Positions 21,402-32,141 of a DNA stretch of 64,000 bases are shown piece by piece (the stretch's first letter is position 1; every line of letters begins with the position of its first letter). The stretch lies in NCBI GenBank assembly GCA_963847705.1, contig CAWKBC010000021.1, forward strand, positions 1-64,000, read 5' to 3'. A program made the translations under genes and the position numbers. The notes beneath the pieces are model-generated. The model was not told the DNA's origin, searched no databases, and saw only the letters and a list, made by a program, of their open reading frames with translations. This stretch comes from an uncultured Pseudomonadota bacterium. Lineage in GTDB: Bacteria; Myxococcota_A; Polyangia; Fen-1088.

Positions 21402-22694
21402 ATGGTCACCCTCTCGCCAGATCTGCTGCGTCGTCTGCGCCGTCCTCTGCTCTCCGGCCTTTTCGGCCTGGTCGTCTTCATCGTCGCGCTCTACTTCTCA
21501 TTCCCCTCGGAGCGCGCCAAGGAGGTGGCGATCCGGACGGCCGCCGCGCGCGATCTCGATCTCGAGATCGGCTCGGCCAGCCCCGCGTTCGGGCTGGGGG
21601 TGGTCTTTCGCGACATTCTCGTACGCACCAGGCCGGCCACGGGAAAACCGATCCGCTTCACGATCGAGTCGGCCCGGCTCTCGGTCTCCCCCTGGTCGCT
21701 GCTGTCGTCGTCGAAGACGATCACCGTCTCTCTCGAGGCGTTCGGCGGCCACATCGACGTCACCCAGACCGGCGCGGCTGGAAAGAAGGGGCCCTTCGAG
21801 CTGCAGATCCGCGCGCATGACGTCCGGTTGGGCGATCTTCCCGGCGTACGCGACGCCATCAACCTGCCGCTCTCCGGGACGGCCAAGCTCGATCTCAGCA
21901 TCCTTTCACCGAGCGGCAAGCTGGCCGAGGCCAACGGCGAGATCACCCTCTCTTGCGACAACGTGGTGATCGGCGACGGGAAGACGCCGCTCAAGGTGGC
22001 GGGCAATCCCTTCCTGAGCGGCGGCCTGACGCTGCCCAAGCTGCGGCTCGACGATTTCGGCGGTCACGTCGCGATCGACAAGGGGCTGGCCAAGCTGCAG
22101 GAGATCGCCGGGAAGTCTCGCGACGGCGAGGTGGCCCTGGAGGGGGAGGTGACGCTGCGCGATCCCTTGCCGACCTCGACGGTCAACGCCTACCTGCGCT
22201 TCAAGTTGTCCGACGCGTTCCTCAAACAGGCCTCCGCGGTGGCCACCATGCTGCAGATGGTGGGCGCTCAGGGGAAGCGTCCGGATGGGTTTTACGGGAT
22301 GCGGCTTTCCGGGCGTCTCGGCCAGTTGAATCCGCCGGTGCTGTCGCCGACGTCGCCGATCATCGGCGCGCCGCCCCCGCGCTCCGGGACGCACGCGGCG
22401 ATCACCCCGGCGTTCCGGCCGCCGGTTCCGGCGCCGTCCGCTCCGCCGCCAACGCCCGCGCCGGCGGCGATCGTCGCGGCGGCTCCTCCGCCCCCGCCGC
22501 CGGAGCCGGCTGCTCCGCCGCCGCCGCCGCCGGCCCCGCCCGCGCCGCCGGCCGCCGCGGCGACCTCCTCGCCCACGCCGGGGGCGGGAGGCTGGCATCC
22601 CCCGGGACCAGCCGTCGCCGATGGCTCACCCGCCGCCGCCGGCGAGGCGCCGCCGGCGCCGCCACCGGCTCCCCCTCCCGCCGACCAGCCGTAG
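21402..22694 (+). CDS. gspN: Type II secretion protein GspN with Pro-rich C-terminal tail
   Basis: N-terminal TM ending YFSFP, beta-rich body, last gene of gsp operon. Confidence 0.75.
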   Translation: MVTLSPDLLRRLRRPLLSGLFGLVVFIVALYFSFPSERAKEVAIRTAAARDLDLEIGSASPAFGLGVVFRDILVRTRPATGKPIRFTIESARLSVSPWSLLSSSKTITVSLEAFGGHIDVTQTGAAGKKGPFELQIRAHDVRLGDLPGVRDAINLPLSGTAKLDLSILSPSGKLAEANGEITLSCDNVVIGDGKTPLKVAGNPFLSGGLTLPKLRLDDFGGHVAIDKGLAKLQEIAGKSRDGEVALEGEVTLRDPLPTSTVNAYLRFKLSDAFLKQASAVATMLQMVGAQGKRPDGFYGMRLSGRLGQLNPPVLSPTSPIIGAPPPRSGTHAAITPAFRPPVPAPSAPPPTPAPAAIVAAAPPPPPPEPAAPPPPPPAPPAPPAAAATSSPTPGAGGWHPPGPAVADGSPAAAGEAPPAPPPAPPPADQP

Positions 22695-22705
22695 AGGCGC
22701 GGCCT

Positions 22706-23707
<1,002 letters not shown>

Positions 23708-23762
23708 GCACACCTTGTCGGTCTCGCACCGACGCCTGTTGCTAGGAAAACCCGTTGGGCGG

Positions 23763-24443
23763 CTACGCCCCGAGGCCGACCCAGGCTTCGCCGCTCTCGC
23801 CGATCTCCTTCTTCCAGATGGGCGCGCGCAGCTTGAGGCGATCGATCGCCGCGCGGCAGGCCTCGAAGGCCGGCGCGCGGTGCTCCGCCGCCGCCGCCAC
23901 GACGACCGCGACCTCACCGACGGCCAGCGCGCCGGTGCGGTGATGGATGGCGACGCGCACGCCGGGCCACTCGCGCTCGATCTCGACCGCGATCTCGGCG
24001 AGGACCGCCTCGGCCATCTCGCGGTAGGCCTCGTACTCCAGACGGACGACGTCGGGCAGATGGTGGCCACGCCGCCGGACGATCCCCGCGAAGGTGACGA
24101 CCGCGCCCGCATCGCCGCCCGCATCGCCACCTGCGACCGCCGCGATGGCCGCGGCGAGCGTCACCGGCGCCGCCGAGATCCGGATGGCCTCGGGCGCCGA
24201 GCCACCGGCAACGGGCGGCAGCAGCGCCAGCTCGTCACCGTCGGCGAGGGTCCGCGTGTCGGGGGCCACCACGCGGTTGACGGCGAACTGCACCCCCGGC
24301 AGGAGCGCCGCCACCGACGGATGTCGGTCCGCGATGGCCACGCGTGCGTCGCGCACCGAGGCGCCCGCGGGCAGCTCGACCGTCTCGTGGTCGAGCTGAG
24401 TTCGCTCGCGCAGCACCGCGAAGTAGAGGACGTCGACCTTCAT
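23763..24443 (-). CDS. moaX: Fused molybdopterin synthase MoaD-MoaE
   Basis: MKVDVLYFA…LLPPVAGG (MoaD) followed by GAVVTFAGIVR, LEYEAY, HRTG, PIWKKE (MoaE). Confidence 0.93.
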   Translation of the reverse strand: MKVDVLYFAVLRERTQLDHETVELPAGASVRDARVAIADRHPSVAALLPGVQFAVNRVVAPDTRTLADGDELALLPPVAGGSAPEAIRISAAPVTLAAAIAAVAGGDAGGDAGAVVTFAGIVRRRGHHLPDVVRLEYEAYREMAEAVLAEIAVEIEREWPGVRVAIHHRTGALAVGEVAVVVAAAAEHRAPAFEACRAAIDRLKLRAPIWKKEIGESGEAWVGLGA

Positions 24444-24561
24444 TCGCCTAGACTATGCGGGCGAAGGCGCCGCATCAAACCCGCCGAAAACGCCGTATTT
24501 TGCCCTGGCCGGTATCAGTTATTCACAGGTAAAGTCAAATAACGGCGGACACGTAGCTATT

Positions 24562-25488
24562 TTGCGCTTGCACGCGGCGGTTGATAGGCTTTTCCCCGCT
24601 CAACCGAGGGAGCATGCTGATAGTGAGGCCCATTTGAAGCGTCCCCTGACGTCCCCCCAGGCTCCGGCTCCGTCCCTTCCCCGTCGTCAACTCTCGCTTC
24701 CGTTCAATGCGGACGCGGCGCCGGAGCTCGAGGTCGGAAGCCGTTCCCGGCGCGCGCTGCGGCGCGAGGCCGCCGCGCGCGAGGTTCGCCTCGCGCCCAC
24801 CCTCGAACAGACGACCGACCAGATGGCCGCGGCGCTGGCGCTCTACCTGCCACCCGGCAAGACGCTGGAGCTGCGGTTGACCAACAACCACTACAGCATG
24901 ATCTCCGTGCGCCGGAAGGCGGATGGCTACCGACTGCGGCTGCACCAGATGTTCGTCGGCGCCGAGCCGCGGGTGGTGCGGGCGCTCGCCCGCTATGTCG
25001 TTCACAACGACCGGCGCGCGTCGACCTTGCTGGGCGAGTTCATCGAGCAGCACCAGCACATCATTCGCCAGCAGGAACGCCGGCCGCGCCACCTCACGGT
25101 CCGCACGGCCGGGCGCTACCACGACCTGCAGGCGATCTTCGACCGCCTGAACGGCGAGCGGTTCGGCGGCGCGCTCGACGCGCGCATCACCTGGGGGCCG
25201 GTCGCCTCGCAGCGGCAGCGGCGCCGGTCGATCAAGATGGGGAGCTTCGCGGTCGAGGATCGCGTCATCCGCATCCACCCGGCGCTCGACCAGGCCTGCG
25301 TCCCCGACTACTTCGTGGCCTGGATCGTCTTCCACGAGATGCTGCACGGCAAGCACGAGGTCAAGCGTGAGAACGGCCGCCGCCGCTTCCACACGCCGGA
25401 GTTTCTCGAGGAGGAGCGCCAGTTCTCTGACTATCGCCGCGCCTGTGCCTGGGAGAAGCAGAACCTCGATCGCCTGCTCCGCTCGTAG
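24562..25488 (+). CDS. SprT/YgjP-like zinc metallopeptidase domain protein (true start may be ~24634)
   Basis: IRIHPALD…WIVFHEMLH…RFHTPEF: HExxH plus downstream His. Confidence 0.75.
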   Translation: MRLHAAVDRLFPAQPREHADSEAHLKRPLTSPQAPAPSLPRRQLSLPFNADAAPELEVGSRSRRALRREAAAREVRLAPTLEQTTDQMAAALALYLPPGKTLELRLTNNHYSMISVRRKADGYRLRLHQMFVGAEPRVVRALARYVVHNDRRASTLLGEFIEQHQHIIRQQERRPRHLTVRTAGRYHDLQAIFDRLNGERFGGALDARITWGPVASQRQRRRSIKMGSFAVEDRVIRIHPALDQACVPDYFVAWIVFHEMLHGKHEVKRENGRRRFHTPEFLEEERQFSDYRRACAWEKQNLDRLLRS

Positions 25489-25549
25489 CTCATCGTCCGG
25501 GTTGTCGCTCGCTTTCGGCGGGATTCCGAGATACCTATGACCGGAGCAG

Positions 25550-26650
25550 ATGAGCGACCGCATGGGGCGGCGAAGCCAGTTCATCGACGCCAGCAGGGGC
25601 CTTGCGATGCTGCTGGTCTTCCTGTCGCATTTTGCGATTACGTACCTTGGCGTGTTGACCGATCCCCGTCCGGGTCGGATCGCCGCCTTGCTCGCCAGGC
25701 CGGCCACACCGACCTTCGTTTTGCTGAGCGGGTTGCTGATTGGATTCCTCAGCGTCGAGCGCCCCGGTTCGTTCCCCGGTCTGGTCGTCAAGCTGGTGGA
25801 TCGCGGGCTGTTCCTGCTGGGCCCCGCGCACGTGATCATCGCGCTGGCGCACCTCGTGATATTCGGCCACGCCCGTTTCATCTTCATCACGGACGCCATC
25901 GGGGTCAGCATCTTGATCGGTCCCTGGATGGTGACCCGGTTTTCGTCGGGTGGGCGAGCGCTGCTGGGGCTCGCGCTGGTGGCCGTGACCTGGCGGTTCC
26001 ATCTCACCTGGAATCCCACCACCGCCGCGGGGCGCTGGATCCACACAGCCTTCGTGGGCGACGAACCCTTCAAGTACGGCTGGCTGACGTTCCCGTTTCT
26101 GCCCTGGTTGGGCGTCTATCTGCTGGCGACCCCGCTGGGAGAGGCCCTTGGTGAGTGGAAGCGCTCCGGCAACGGCTTCGTTCTCCGGCTGGCGATGATT
26201 TCAGTCGCCTCGATGAGCGTTGGGCTGGCGCTGGTTTTCATCGGCCGCCGATGCAGTCCGGAGCTTCGTTCGTTCTTCAGCCCCAATCAGAAGTACCCGC
26301 CGAGCCCGGCCTACGTTCTGAGCTGGGGTGGCTTGGGGCTGGCCGTCATGACGTGCTTCGCCTGGCTCGACGAGCGGGGGCGCGCTTCCGCGTTGCTGTC
26401 TGCGCTTGCCTTGCTGGGCCGTGCCTCGTTGGTGGCGTTCGTCGTGCAGTACTTCGTCTACTACGTCGTGGTGTATTCCCTCCATTTGCCGGCCTCGGGT
26501 CTGTGGCCCGCGTACCTCTGCCTGTCGGTGCTGGTCATCTACGGCGTCTCCGCTTTCTGGGATCGCTACCTGGGCAACGACTACCTCACCGTGGGGATTC
26601 CCCGCCTGATTCAAGCGCGCGAGCGGGCGGCGCTCTCCCGGCAAGTCTGA
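25550..26650 (+). CDS. Polytopic membrane acyltransferase-like protein (DUF1624/HGSNAT-OpgC-like, acyltransferase-3 clan)
   Basis: IDASRGLAMLLVFLSH, PTFVLLSG, FPFLPWLG, KYPPSPAY, LGRASL motifs; about 9-10 hydrophobic segments. Confidence 0.75.
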   Translation: MSDRMGRRSQFIDASRGLAMLLVFLSHFAITYLGVLTDPRPGRIAALLARPATPTFVLLSGLLIGFLSVERPGSFPGLVVKLVDRGLFLLGPAHVIIALAHLVIFGHARFIFITDAIGVSILIGPWMVTRFSSGGRALLGLALVAVTWRFHLTWNPTTAAGRWIHTAFVGDEPFKYGWLTFPFLPWLGVYLLATPLGEALGEWKRSGNGFVLRLAMISVASMSVGLALVFIGRRCSPELRSFFSPNQKYPPSPAYVLSWGGLGLAVMTCFAWLDERGRASALLSALALLGRASLVAFVVQYFVYYVVVYSLHLPASGLWPAYLCLSVLVIYGVSAFWDRYLGNDYLTVGIPRLIQARERAALSRQV

Positions 26651-26725
26651 GCAGGGGCTGAGCGGCAGGTCGCCGCCGGGCGACCTTTGGCTCGAAAAGG
26701 GGATTCTCGCGGGCAGTTCCGGCGC

Positions 26726-26747
26726 AAATGTGATATGTATCACCGTA
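26726..26747. promoter_or_regulatory. CRP/FNR-family binding site upstream of the NRPS
   Basis: AAATGTGA-TATGTA-TCACC matches AAATGTGA-N6-TCACA with one mismatch in the right half-site. Confidence 0.55.
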
Positions 26748-26814
26748 TCTGATTGCGGAGGTCGAGGAGCGCGGAACTCCTTCCCGATCGACGCACGGCC
26801 TCCATCTTCTTCCC

Positions 26815-29443
26815 ATGGCTTTCTCCGCTGAATCCGTGACCCTGGCGGCGGCCCGCGGACGTGATCCCGGGATCGACGCACCTGATTTCGTCGAGATCAT
26901 CGCGGCGAGCACGGTGCGGCGTCCCCATCACCCGGCGGTGGAGGGGCCTGACGCGACCCTCACGTACGCCGAGCTGGATCGGCTCTCCAATCAGCTGGCC
27001 CGGCGCTTCGTCGCCGCGGGGGTCGGGCGCGACAGCTGCGTCGGCATCTCGCTTCCGCGCGGGGCGCGCGAGCTGGTTGCGATGTTGGCGACCAGCAAGG
27101 CGGGCGGCGCTTACGTCCCGCTCGACCCGTCGCACCCCATCGATCGTCTGCAGCTCGTTCTGGAGGACGCGGCCCCCCAGGTCATGGTGATCCATCCGGG
27201 CTCGCCGCTGGCGGGTGCAACCAAGGCGGCCAACGTCATCGTCCTCGACGACCTCGGACATGTGACCGAGGGCTACGATTCGACACCTCCCCTCGTCGCG
27301 CACGATCCCACCCAGCTCGCCTATGTCCTGTTCACCTCGGGGTCGACCGGTCGACCGAAGGGGGTCGAGGTCCCGCGCGGCGCGTTCTCCAATTTCCTGC
27401 GCTCGATGGCCCACGAGCCTGGGCTGTCGGAGGCCGAGCGGCTGCTGGCGGTCTCGACGACCTCCTTCGACATCGCGGGTCTCGAGCTGTTCCTGCCACT
27501 TTACGTGGGGGCCACGACGGTCATCGCCGATCGCGCGACGGTGATGGATCCGCGCCTGCTCCGGCTGCGCCTGGAGGCGGACGACATCACGTTCATGCAG
27601 GCGACCCCGGCGACCTGGCGGTTGCTGCTGGAGGCGGGATGGAAGGGCCACCCGAGGCTGCGGATGCTGTGCGGCGGGGAGGCGTTGAGCAGAGCCCTGG
27701 CGGATCGACTGCTCGCCTGCGGAGGTGAGCTCTGGAACATGTACGGTCCCACCGAGACCACCGTCTGGTCCTCGTTGCAGCGGATCGCGCCTGGCACCCA
27801 GCGGATCAGCATCGGAAAACCGATCGACCGCACGCAGATCTACGCCGTCGACGATCAACGCCGGCCCGTCCCCCTCGACGCGGTGGGGGAGCTCTGCATC
27901 GGGGGCCATGGCCTGGCGCGCGGGTACCGCGGCCGGCCCGACCTCACCGCCGAGCGCTTCGTCCAAAATCCCAGCGGGCCGGCGGGCGACCGCATCTACC
28001 GCACCGGAGACCTTGGGCGCCTGTCGGCAGATGGAACCTTCGAGTGCCTCGGCCGCATCGATCACCAGGTGAAGATCCGGGGATACCGGATCGAGCTCGG
28101 CGAGATCGAGTCGGTCCTCCGCGGGGTGGAGGGCGTTCGCGAGGTCCTGGTGGTCGCCGAGGACCAGGAGGGCGATCCCAGGCTGTCCGCCTACTGGGTG
28201 GGCGCGGCGGAGCGCGATGCGCTGGTCCGGGCGGCGCGTCGCACGCTCCCGCCCTACATGGTCCCTGCCAGCTATGTCCGACTGCAATCGTTTCCGCTCA
28301 CGCCGAACGGCAAGATCGACCGCAAGAGCCTCCCGCGCGGGGTGGCCGTCGCGTTGCAGTCGCCGCGGCTGAAGCCCCCCAGCGACGACACGGAGACGCG
28401 CCTGGAGGCGATCTGGTGCCAGGTGCTGGGGGTGGATCGTGTCGGGGTGGATCAAGACTTCTTCACGCTCGGCGGAACGTCGGTCCTGGCGGTTCAGACC
28501 TGCGTGCAGATCGAGAAGGAGACCGGCGTGGAGATCTCGCTGGCCTCGTTCTACGCCTCGCCCACGATCGAAGGCCTGGCGCCGTACGTCACCCGCGTCC
28601 GTGAGGCGTCATCGCCCGACGCCCCCATCATCGTCGACCTGCGCCGGAGCAACAGTCGACGCACGCCGCTCTTCTGTCTGCTGGGGGTGTCGCTCTATCA
28701 CGAGCTGGCGCTCGCCCTCACCGAGGATCGAACGGTCGTCGGAATGCATGTTCCATTCAGGCACGTTCCCGGCACCGATCCGCGGCCGACGGTGGCCGAG
28801 ATGGCTGCCGGATATCTGGCCTTGATCCGGGACCGGCAGGCGCACGGGCCCTACTACCTGGCCGGCCTCTGTTTCGGAGGGGATCGTCGCCTTCGAGGTC
28901 GCCCGACAGCTCGAGGCTCAGGGCGAGGAGGTGGGCCTGGTGTCGGTGATTGACGGGGCCTTGCCGCTCGGGATGGAGACCAATCCCCTGCGCAACCTGG
29001 CGGGATACCTTCGCTTCGCTCTCCAGCGGCCCGAGTCGATCGCGGGCGCTGTCCGCAAGAATCTGGGGAAGCTGCGCGCGCGCTGGCAGCCGAGGCCGTC
29101 GACGGGCGCGGTGAGGTCCCTGTTGCCGGTCGAGGTGGAGATCGACGGCCCCGAGGCCGACGCCGAGGTGGCCCGCTTCGCCTCGAGCGTGAGGGGCATC
29201 CGTGGCCGCCTGTTGATCATCCGGGCGTTGTCCCAGACGCTCCCCAGCTGGAGGATTCAGCCGCCCCATCTCGGTTGGCAGGGGTTTTCAGAGCGCCTGA
29301 CGATCTGCGAGGTGCCGGCCTCCCATCTGGGGCTTCTGAAGGACCCTCGCGTTCGTGTCGTGGCGAAGGCCCTCGCCGGAGCCATCGCTGCGGACGAGGC
29401 TGCGCGGGCGCAGCTCGACCCGCGTGAAGCAGCCTCCGGTTGA
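26815..29443 (+). CDS. Stand-alone NRPS A-PCP-TE, predicted glycine-activating; frameshift near 28880
   Basis: YVLFTSGSTGRPKG, YGPTE, YRTGD, QVKIRGYRIELGEIE, NGKIDR; PCP FFTLGGTS; TE GLCFGG continues IVAFEVARQL…VIDG…SHLG in ORF 28931..29443 after removing one G from ggagggga. Confidence 0.9.
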
Positions 29444-29482
29444 CCGTCTCGCCCACGCGGAGCCCGGCGCGCGGAGCAGCGG

Positions 29483-30529
29483 TCACGCCGCGAAGAGATC
29501 CAGCGTTCGTTCGATCTCCTCGGGGTCGATCCAGAAATCGTCGCCGCGTGGCAGACCCACCACGAAGCCGAACTGCTGCTGGTCGCGATCGGTCAGATCC
29601 TTGAGGATCGCGGAGAACCGGTTGGGCGGTTGCAGGACCAGGACCCCGCCCCCGCTCTCCAGGACCAGGAGGCCGTGCACGAGGCCGCTCCCTTCGACCC
29701 CCACCACGACTCTGGCGCCCGCGCAGGCCTGGACGATGGCAGGGACATCCTGTTTGCCCGGATCGACGATGGTGAAGCCCCGGCGGTCGCGCAGCTGTTC
29801 GGCGATCTCGGTCTCGTTGCGAAGGACGCGCCGGGATCCGGTCGCTCCGCGCATGATGAACACGCCGGCGTGAGGGCGTGGTTGCACCCGCCGCCGCAGC
29901 CGTTCGCCCAGTGAATGAAATCGAGCGCGCTTGCTCCGGTTCTGCCCGATGTCGTCGAAGACGACGAGCTCGCGGAAGAAGGCGCCCTCGGTGCGGACCG
30001 GTCTCATCTCCAGCCAGGCCTCGTATCCGGGGGTGTGGTTGTTCACCTTCTGCGCGGTCGTGACGGGGACGCCCTCGGCCAGGGCGAGGGCATACGTGAC
30101 GCAATCGTCCATCAGCCATTGCCCAAAGAACCGATTCCCACCGGGGGTGCAGTAAAGGGCCCCGCGTTCGATCTCCTGTTCGACCCGCAGGCGCGGAATC
30201 CTCCCGGTTCGAGGGTGCAGGTGCAGGGAGGCTCCGCCTTTGTAGAGCACCCCGTCGACCAAGACCGCGTCCCGAATTCGAAAGGCGCGCGACGCGGCAT
30301 GGACGCTGGTGTTTCCGCCCCGTACCATCGACAGATCTCCGTCGCGCGAGCTGAACTCGCTGAAGCCGGTGATTCGCTCCCACTGATCGGGCAGGAACAG
30401 CGCCGGCGGGGCGACCCGCTGGTGGGCCGGCGCGAGCTCCCACGACTGCGAGGCGACCTCTTGCAGGTTGCGGGCGGGCCCTCGCGCCAAGCGTCGCAGC
30501 CGCTCGACCACGGGCAAAGCGGTCCACAC
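29483..30529 (-). CDS. Glycosyltransferase family 61 (DUF563-like)
   Basis: FFGQWLMD, FIMRG…RRVLRNETEI, ARVVVGVEGSGLVH motif; GTG start 7 nt after TATAGT. Confidence 0.8.
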   Translation of the reverse strand: MWTALPVVERLRRLARGPARNLQEVASQSWELAPAHQRVAPPALFLPDQWERITGFSEFSSRDGDLSMVRGGNTSVHAASRAFRIRDAVLVDGVLYKGGASLHLHPRTGRIPRLRVEQEIERGALYCTPGGNRFFGQWLMDDCVTYALALAEGVPVTTAQKVNNHTPGYEAWLEMRPVRTEGAFFRELVVFDDIGQNRSKRARFHSLGERLRRRVQPRPHAGVFIMRGATGSRRVLRNETEIAEQLRDRRGFTIVDPGKQDVPAIVQACAGARVVVGVEGSGLVHGLLVLESGGGVLVLQPPNRFSAILKDLTDRDQQQFGFVVGLPRGDDFWIDPEEIERTLDLFAA

Positions 30530-30591
30530 GGGCGGCACTATATCGAAAATCGTGAGGCGATGAATGTGGGCCGCACTACCATCGGAGGGCA

Positions 30592-31539
30592 TTGAACGGG
30601 CCGGACGCTTTGGTACGCTGCCGTTCGGTGGACAGGCCGACCAATCAGTCATGCGCGTCTGGCCTCGCGGCGCAGGGGCGGATCGCCCTCGGCATCGTCG
30701 CATTGCTTTCGGCGTCGGGCTGCCACCGCCACTCGTTCGCGCCGGCCCCGGCGCCGTCCAAGCCGCACTGGTCGGCGCCGGCTCCCATTCGCGACGGCGA
30801 CGGCGTTTTCTTCGTGGGGAACAGCTTCTTCGGGTGGCAGGGGCGCTCGTTGCCAGCCTGGGTCACGGCGCTGGGTCAGGCGGTCTCGCCACCGATCCGG
30901 ATCGTCACCGGCTCCGATATCGTCTTCGGCAACCATCCGCTGGCAGAGTTCTTGGACCACGCGGCGACCCGGGAGGCTCTTGCCTCGCGCAAGTACCGGG
31001 TCTTCGTGTTGCAGGCCGAGGAGCTCGAGGCGGTCGACCACAAGGCGGACTTCCAGCAGGCGGTGCGCGACTTCAACCGCGCGGTCGTCGCGGCGGGAGG
31101 GCGGACGATTCTCTTCATGACCTGGGACTTTTCCTGGCGTCCGTTCATCGAGAAGCTCGCCGCGTCATACGACGAGATCGGGCGCGAGCTCGGGATCCCG
31201 GTCATTCCGGTGGGGCTCGTCTACCGGGACTGCGGCGACCGGCCCTATGCGCACGGAATGCCGCCCCACTGGTTGATCGCCGACGCCCAGCACGCGCTGG
31301 GGGATCTGCACCCGAACGAGAAGGGTGCCGCGGTCGACGCCTACGCGACGTTCGAGATGCTGACCGGGATCAACCCGCACGGGCGCAACTTCACCGCCCC
31401 TGGCAACACCAATGACGACGACATCATGAAGTATCTCTCCGCCATGTCGTGGGCCCGGGTGGAGCCCCGGCTGCGGACCGACACCGACACCCCGGCCGTC
31501 CGGGTCAGCGCAATCGCCAGGCCCGCGCCTTCTCTGTGA
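30592..31539 (+). CDS. SGNH/GDSL-fold lipoprotein (DUF4886-like)
   Basis: Lipobox ASG-C; block I VFFVGNSF, VLQ, FMTW, IPVG, block V GDLHPN. Confidence 0.72.
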   Translation: MNGPDALVRCRSVDRPTNQSCASGLAAQGRIALGIVALLSASGCHRHSFAPAPAPSKPHWSAPAPIRDGDGVFFVGNSFFGWQGRSLPAWVTALGQAVSPPIRIVTGSDIVFGNHPLAEFLDHAATREALASRKYRVFVLQAEELEAVDHKADFQQAVRDFNRAVVAAGGRTILFMTWDFSWRPFIEKLAASYDEIGRELGIPVIPVGLVYRDCGDRPYAHGMPPHWLIADAQHALGDLHPNEKGAAVDAYATFEMLTGINPHGRNFTAPGNTNDDDIMKYLSAMSWARVEPRLRTDTDTPAVRVSAIARPAPSL

Positions 31540-32038
31540 GCCCGGCCAGCGCGGGCGCCTTCGCGGCTGAATAGGCGAGCAACGTCGTCGCGCCGCCGGC
31601 GATCGCCGCGCGCTTCGCCGCCGCGTACGCCGCTGCCTCCTCGGGGTGCGCGCGGAGGTAGTCCCGGAGCGCGAGGTTGTCGCGCCAGCGCCGGCCGCCC
31701 TCTTCGACCAGCGCCAGGTTGAAAGCGCGGAGCGCGGTTCGCTTGCGGAAGTAGATCCGGCCGGAGACGCCGGCCTCGCCGAGGTCTTCATAGCCGAGCG
31801 CCACCACCCTCGGGCGGAGCTCCTCGAGGGCGGCCCAGACGGTCGGCGAAGCGCCGAGCATCAAATCGACAATCGGTTTGCCCGCCAGCCCGGGGACGGC
31901 GGTGGAGCCGATGTGCTCGAACTTCAGCGACGCGGTGGCCAGGCCGAGGCGGACGCGATCGCGCTCGGCGCGGTAGCGGCCCTCGTAGTGGGGGTCGGGG
32001 TCGGTGATCTCGACGGGCTCGTCCACATTGGCGCTCAC
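31505..32038 (-). CDS. GrpB (UPF0157) family protein
   Basis: EHIGSTAVPGLAGKPIVD, LRDYLRAHP…YAAAK…YSAAK. Confidence 0.92.
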   Translation of the reverse strand: MSANVDEPVEITDPDPHYEGRYRAERDRVRLGLATASLKFEHIGSTAVPGLAGKPIVDLMLGASPTVWAALEELRPRVVALGYEDLGEAGVSGRIYFRKRTALRAFNLALVEEGGRRWRDNLALRDYLRAHPEEAAAYAAAKRAAIAGGATTLLAYSAAKAPALAGLTEKARAWRLR

Positions 32039-32141
32039 GGGCGCGCATGATAGCGCGCGCTCGCCCGATTAAAAGAGGCCGCCGCGCGCGGCCCGTGAGG
32101 CGGCCGCCTCCGCGCCCATGGCCTCGCGAATCGGGCGGGGT

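Noticed and set aside
23708-24130. Apparent N-terminal extension of the sigma-54 activator in ORF 22706..24130
   Set aside because: It overlaps the moaE half in another frame and is low-complexity; not a regulatory domain
24519-24527. TTATTCACA DnaA-box match in an AT-richer intergenic region
   Set aside because: Single box, no cluster, no dnaA/dnaN context; not an origin, at most a regulatory site
28870-28890. Programmed frameshift giving A-PCP vs A-PCP-TE products
   Set aside because: No slippery heptamer seen, the shift falls inside the TE active-site motif, and similar indels occur throughout the window
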